Of a DNA stretch of 20,000 nucleotides, positions 16,338 through 20,000 are shown piece by piece. The notes under the pieces are model-generated. The model was not told the origin of the DNA and made no database searches. It saw only the letters and a list, made by a program, of their open reading frames with translations. The position numbers and the translations under genes were made by a program. Where the stretch lies: the IMG/VR virus record IMGVR_UViG_3300027896_000015; one strand, given 5' to 3'. Each line of letters begins with the position of its first letter. The stretch's first letter is position 1. This stretch comes from an uncultured virus (IMG/VR IMGVR_UViG_3300027896_000015) (Duplodnaviria; Heunggongvirae; Uroviricota; Caudoviricetes).

Positions 16338-17204
16338 ATGGCAATGGACAAGAGAGCGATCAACGAAAAGAGGGCTACCCTCATCGCGCAGGCCATGGAC
16401 ACGCCGGAAGGGCGCGTCGCGCTGGCGCAGGCGATGATCGAGCCTATCCGCAGGGCGCTGGAATACCAGGCCGTCGGACGCAAGCTGCTCATGGTGGACG
16501 AGCTTCCCCAGGGCGCGTATGCGCGGTACGAGAAGGACGTCAGGGCAACGGCTTGGAAGATTCCTCGCCGGGGCGGCGTTCCGGACAACATCGTCGAAGG
16601 CGAGGAAATCCTCGTCCCGACGTTCGAGATCGCGGTCAACCCGACTGTGAGAATCAGCGAAGTCAAAGCTCGCCGGTTCTACATCGTCGACCGCGCTCAG
16701 ATCAAGGCGAAAGAGGCGATCCAGAAGGAAGAGGATTCGAACATCTTCAAAGCCGTCAACGCGGCCGTGCCGGTGGCGAATCAGATCGTTTCCACTGGCG
16801 GCGCTCTCAGCTTGTCGGCTCTGAACCAGGCATTCGCCCAGGTTGAGTCGCACGATCTGACGGTCGGCAAGGTCGTCTGCCACGCCCTCCGCTATGCGGA
16901 CATTCGGGCATGGGGACAGACCGTGTTCGACCAGGCGACGCAGAAGGAAGTTCTGACGACGGGACTGTTCGGTCACATCTTCACGGCTGACATTCATGTC
17001 AGCTCGCGGGTGCCGACGACATACGTCTTCGTGCTGGCTCCGGCCGAGTACGTGGGCGCGTTCCCGATCCGCCAGGACATCACTGTGCTGCCTGCGGACG
17101 ACCCTAAGAAAATCCGCCTAGGATGGGTAATCTACGAAGAAATTGGCATAGTTGTCGTCAATGACTACGCTATTGCCCGAGTCGAAGTAAACGTCGGTTC
17201 GTAG
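16338..17204 (+). CDS. Major capsid protein, HK97-like fold (288 aa)
   Basis: RBS AAGGAG at 16325-16330 favours ATG 16338 over 16296. Motifs EGRVALAQAMIEPIR..YQAVGRKLLMVDELPQG, VPTFEI..P, IQKEEDSNIF and GWVIYEEIGIVVVNDYAIARV match large-phage capsid proteins. A strong terminator follows. Confidence 0.85.
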   Translation: MAMDKRAINEKRATLIAQAMDTPEGRVALAQAMIEPIRRALEYQAVGRKLLMVDELPQGAYARYEKDVRATAWKIPRRGGVPDNIVEGEEILVPTFEIAVNPTVRISEVKARRFYIVDRAQIKAKEAIQKEEDSNIFKAVNAAVPVANQIVSTGGALSLSALNQAFAQVESHDLTVGKVVCHALRYADIRAWGQTVFDQATQKEVLTTGLFGHIFTADIHVSSRVPTTYVFVLAPAEYVGAFPIRQDITVLPADDPKKIRLGWVIYEEIGIVVVNDYAIARVEVNVGS

Positions 17205-17227
17205 GCCCATTCTTTCGTTGCAAAAAT

Positions 17228-17262
17228 GGGAACCCCCGAGGAAACTCGGGGGTTTCTTTTTT
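17228..17262 (+). terminator. Rho-independent terminator after the major capsid gene
   Basis: Stem AACCCCCGAG / CTCGGGGGTT, GAAA loop, then TCTTTTTT. Confidence 0.9.
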
Positions 17263-17264
17263 AA

Positions 17265-17291
17265 TTGACTACGCCTCCAAAATGGTATAAT
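17265..17291 (+). promoter_or_regulatory. Sigma70-type promoter for the nuclease-methyltransferase gene
   Basis: Extended -10 TGGTATAAT at 17283-17291 and TTGACT at 17265-17270. The spacer is only 15 nt, so the extended -10 is the stronger evidence. RBS GGAGGA at about 17314. Confidence 0.6.
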
Positions 17292-17327
17292 GTGTGTTGA
17301 CGATAACCAAAATGGAGGAAGATCATT

Positions 17328-19568
17328 ATGTCAATCACATGCTGCGTATGTGGGTTTGCGGACGACAAAAGTATTCTAAGTCACGTACGAAATGAACATG
17401 GAATGTCGGCAAAAGAGTACAGAAAAAAATTCGACAACAGCCCGTTGCGGTCATCGTGGCTCGCATCGAACGCCGATGCTATGGACGCGTTCAGGGCCGT
17501 CGGAAGGGCCAACAAACAGCGCAGGATGGGCCAGCCAAGCGGAAACAAGCTAAAGGACGGACAATGGAGCAAACAGCATTCTGCATGCGTATTGTGCGGG
17601 CTGGTTGACAGTCCGCATGCCGGAAACGGAATCTGCAAAAAGTGCACCGCCAAAGCGTTTTCAGCCAAATATGTCGCCGACAAGAATGTCGCGATCAGGG
17701 ATTCCGGCGTCGAGGGCGAGGATTATGTGACGTGCTTGGAATGCGGCAAGCCGTTTCAAATGCTCAGGACAACAGGGCATCTTCTTAGTACGCACAAAAT
17801 GACGCTGCAGGAATATATGGAAAAGCACCCTGGTGCAAAAATTACCGCTGAAGCGGTGGAACATAAAAGATCATTGTCTGTCTCAAAAGGCAGGAAAAAA
17901 CTGTTCGCTGAAAGAGGATACCTTAATCCGCAGACGCAGAGAGATTCTAAACGTCGGGAGATGATTGCCAGGATATCGGAAGGCAAATTTCCGACAGCAA
18001 GCAAATCCGAGGATGCTATGGCCGAATGGCTGAAAAATGAAGGATATGTAGTAGAAAGCTATAGTGCGCCATCAGGAGAAAAACATCCAGAAGGATCAAT
18101 TGTCGTATACAGGCAGTTTCCTGTTCTTGGCCGCTATTCCGCGGATTTTGCCATCCCGTCTTTGAAGATCATCATAGAGGTTCTCGGAACGTTCTGGCAT
18201 GGGTGGGACTACGTGACCGGAAAAAAGACTTTTGACGAGCTCAGTGAACCCGCAAAGAAAAACGTCTGTAGCGACCGGGACAGGACGCTGGATATGACCT
18301 CCGCCGGGTGGAAAATTGTCGAAGCATGGGAACACGACATCAAGGCTGGGACATTTCCTGATTGTCTTAGGGCTAAAAACATAGGAATCGTTGATGCGCC
18401 GCATCAGCGGCAAGAAACCGCTGAACGAACAGGATTGGTCTGCGCCAAGGATGTGGCCAAAGGCGCAAGAAGGCTGCATAATTTCAGGTGGTTAGCCAGA
18501 GAGAACGGAATAACGGTACTGCCAGGCTTGATGGTGTCGGAACGCGAACTGGAAATTCTCCGCCCTCTTGTCGATCAATTCGGCGACAACCGCGCCGTTC
18601 CTGCGGACATGATCGATGATGTGCTGAAGCAATGCCGTCGCGAAGGGTTTCCCCATTATAGCCTGAGCGACGAGGACAAAACCCGCAAATGGCTTGCACT
18701 AAGAAACTGCACCATTGCGACAAAGAAGAACGGACTGTACATATGGGACGGATTCGCCACCGAATTGGCGTCAGTCTTTCATCCTCATATGTTCGAATGC
18801 AGAAAGAGGGGGAAGCTTTCGCCGATCGAGGTCTTTAGTTCCGATGACCTGCTTTCGGAGGACATCTATAAGATACTGTGCCTGCACGGGAAGGCGACCG
18901 AGTCAACAATACGCGGCATATGCCGAAGCGACAGCCGCGGGGGCGTAGTAAGCAATTTTTCTCCGAAGGTATGCATGGCGATCCTCAGGCATCTTTTCAG
19001 CGACGTTACTGATCTGAAAGTTCTCGATCCGTGCGCCGGATTTGGAGGAAGACTGCTGGGATTCGCCGCAGCCGGAGTTTCTGAATACGTCGGAATTGAT
19101 TTGTCGGAAAAAACGTTCCGGGGGCTAGAACGGGAACGCGATTTCCTCAGAACGTGCGGGATGACCACTAATGTTCGAATCATCCACGGAAATTGCGTCG
19201 CCGAAATGCCAGTAATTTTTGCAAGCGGAAAACAATTTGACTTAATCATGACTTCTCCCCCTTTCGTCGACCTTGAGGAATATGTCGGGGTTCCGTTCTA
19301 TACTGAAAAACGCCAATGGATAGATGAGTTCATGACCCCCTTCCTTCAGAATTCGTTCAAGCTGCTCAGGCCGTGCGGCATGTTGTCGCTGTCTCTCGGC
19401 AAAAAAGAGGCAGGCGACAACGAAGTATCGAACTTGGTCAACGGTCTTGCTATCAACGCGGGATTCGAATGCATGGATCCAATACCGTTTCTCGTGGGAA
19501 TGAACGAATCGAATCGCAGGAAAAAGCCATTAAAGAGTGCATACATCCAGGTCTGGCGCCGCCCCTAG
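17328..19568 (+). CDS. Fusion of zinc fingers, a Vsr/DUF559-like endonuclease and an amino-type DNA methyltransferase (746 aa)
   Basis: Two MucR/ROS-like fingers (CCVCG..SHVRNEHGMSAKEYRKKF and CLECGK..GHLLSTHKMTLQEYMEKHP) plus CVLC..H..CKKC. Nuclease motifs YSADF..IIEVLGTFWHG..GWKIVEAWEHDI. SAM-binding VLDPCAGFGG and catalytic FDLIMTSPPF. Lower GC than the structural genes. Confidence 0.8.
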   Translation: MSITCCVCGFADDKSILSHVRNEHGMSAKEYRKKFDNSPLRSSWLASNADAMDAFRAVGRANKQRRMGQPSGNKLKDGQWSKQHSACVLCGLVDSPHAGNGICKKCTAKAFSAKYVADKNVAIRDSGVEGEDYVTCLECGKPFQMLRTTGHLLSTHKMTLQEYMEKHPGAKITAEAVEHKRSLSVSKGRKKLFAERGYLNPQTQRDSKRREMIARISEGKFPTASKSEDAMAEWLKNEGYVVESYSAPSGEKHPEGSIVVYRQFPVLGRYSADFAIPSLKIIIEVLGTFWHGWDYVTGKKTFDELSEPAKKNVCSDRDRTLDMTSAGWKIVEAWEHDIKAGTFPDCLRAKNIGIVDAPHQRQETAERTGLVCAKDVAKGARRLHNFRWLARENGITVLPGLMVSERELEILRPLVDQFGDNRAVPADMIDDVLKQCRREGFPHYSLSDEDKTRKWLALRNCTIATKKNGLYIWDGFATELASVFHPHMFECRKRGKLSPIEVFSSDDLLSEDIYKILCLHGKATESTIRGICRSDSRGGVVSNFSPKVCMAILRHLFSDVTDLKVLDPCAGFGGRLLGFAAAGVSEYVGIDLSEKTFRGLERERDFLRTCGMTTNVRIIHGNCVAEMPVIFASGKQFDLIMTSPPFVDLEEYVGVPFYTEKRQWIDEFMTPFLQNSFKLLRPCGMLSLSLGKKEAGDNEVSNLVNGLAINAGFECMDPIPFLVGMNESNRRKKPLKSAYIQVWRRP

Positions 19569-19571
19569 CGG

Positions 19572-19600
19572 AAGGAATCGCCCTTCATCCTCCCGAAATA
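19572..19600 (+). promoter_or_regulatory. Bipartite promoter-like motif, copy 4 (AGGAAT-N16-GAAATA)
   Basis: Directly after the stop at 19568, with the same spacing as the other three copies. Confidence 0.55.
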
Positions 19601-19786
19601 TCACCCGCGGGCCTCTATTACTGCTCGGTAATAATGATCTGTCCAGTAATAGACGGCCGCTTCTTTCCGCCATGAGAATCGTCCGCATATCAGGGTTCGA
19701 ACCGTTGACCAGCAATCTGCAACAACCTGAACTTTCTTTCGTTTTTTGAAGGTTTTTCTCTCTGAAAAGGCGTATAATATATGGAG

Positions 19787-20000
19787 ATGAAGATTGTTCG
19801 TTCATCCAAATGCAGCTTGAAGTTCCTGACAGCAAGCAAGGTTCGGGAACTGGATGTTGTTCTGAACGAATATGGCCGCGCAGTCAACCACTTCATCGGC
19901 CTGTTCTGGGAGAAGCCTGTCGCCAAGGCTGGACTTCTTAAGGACATCGTCAACTCCTCCGATTCGTGGCTGTCGGCCAGGCTGAAGAAGGTCGCGGCAA
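19787..20000 (+). CDS. tnpB: Partial gene resembling the N-terminus of TnpB/Cas12f-like RNA-guided nucleases (not in the ORF track; runs off the window)
   Basis: My translation: MKIVRSSKCSLKFLTASKVRELDVVLNEYGRAVNHFIGLFWEKPVAKAGLLKDIVNSSDSWLSARLKKVAA. A beta strand followed by an L..Y...VN helix recalls TnpB N-termini. TATAAT at 19773-19778 suggests a leaderless mRNA (alternative ATG 19781). RuvC and zinc-finger motifs are not visible in the window. Confidence 0.55.
   Translation, partial: MKIVRSSKCSLKFLTASKVRELDVVLNEYGRAVNHFIGLFWEKPVAKAGLLKDIVNSSDSWLSARLKKVAA

Noticed and set aside
16338..17204. Capsid gene as a cellular encapsulin
   Set aside because: The size fits, but the context of portal, protease/scaffold and decoration genes indicates a phage capsid.
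19685..19710. GGTTCGAACC resembling a tRNA T-loop
   Set aside because: No 5-bp T stem, acceptor stem or anticodon arm can be built on either strand.

Overview
The window looks like the head-morphogenesis module of a large, high-GC tailed bacteriophage, with all real genes on the + strand. Gene order is: partial ORF, a 547-aa unknown protein, a portal-like gene, a 560-aa unknown protein, a 2157-aa prohead protease/scaffold polyprotein, a probable head decoration protein, a compact HK97-type major capsid protein, a lower-GC zinc-finger + Vsr/DUF559 nuclease + amino-methyltransferase fusion, and the 5' end of a TnpB/Cas12f-like gene. The portal-like gene carries three inteins (two of them separated by only 2 extein residues) and ends in a DUF559/Vsr-like nuclease domain. 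The protease carries an Ala1 intein beside its putative catalytic Ser. A bipartite motif AGG(A/G)A(T/A)-N16-GAA(T/A), resembling SigH promoters, occurs four times with identical spacing. One copy lies inside the protease gene just upstream of a strong RBS and in-frame ATG, which points to a nested, separately expressed scaffold gene. All family calls come from motif recognition by eye; no searches were run.
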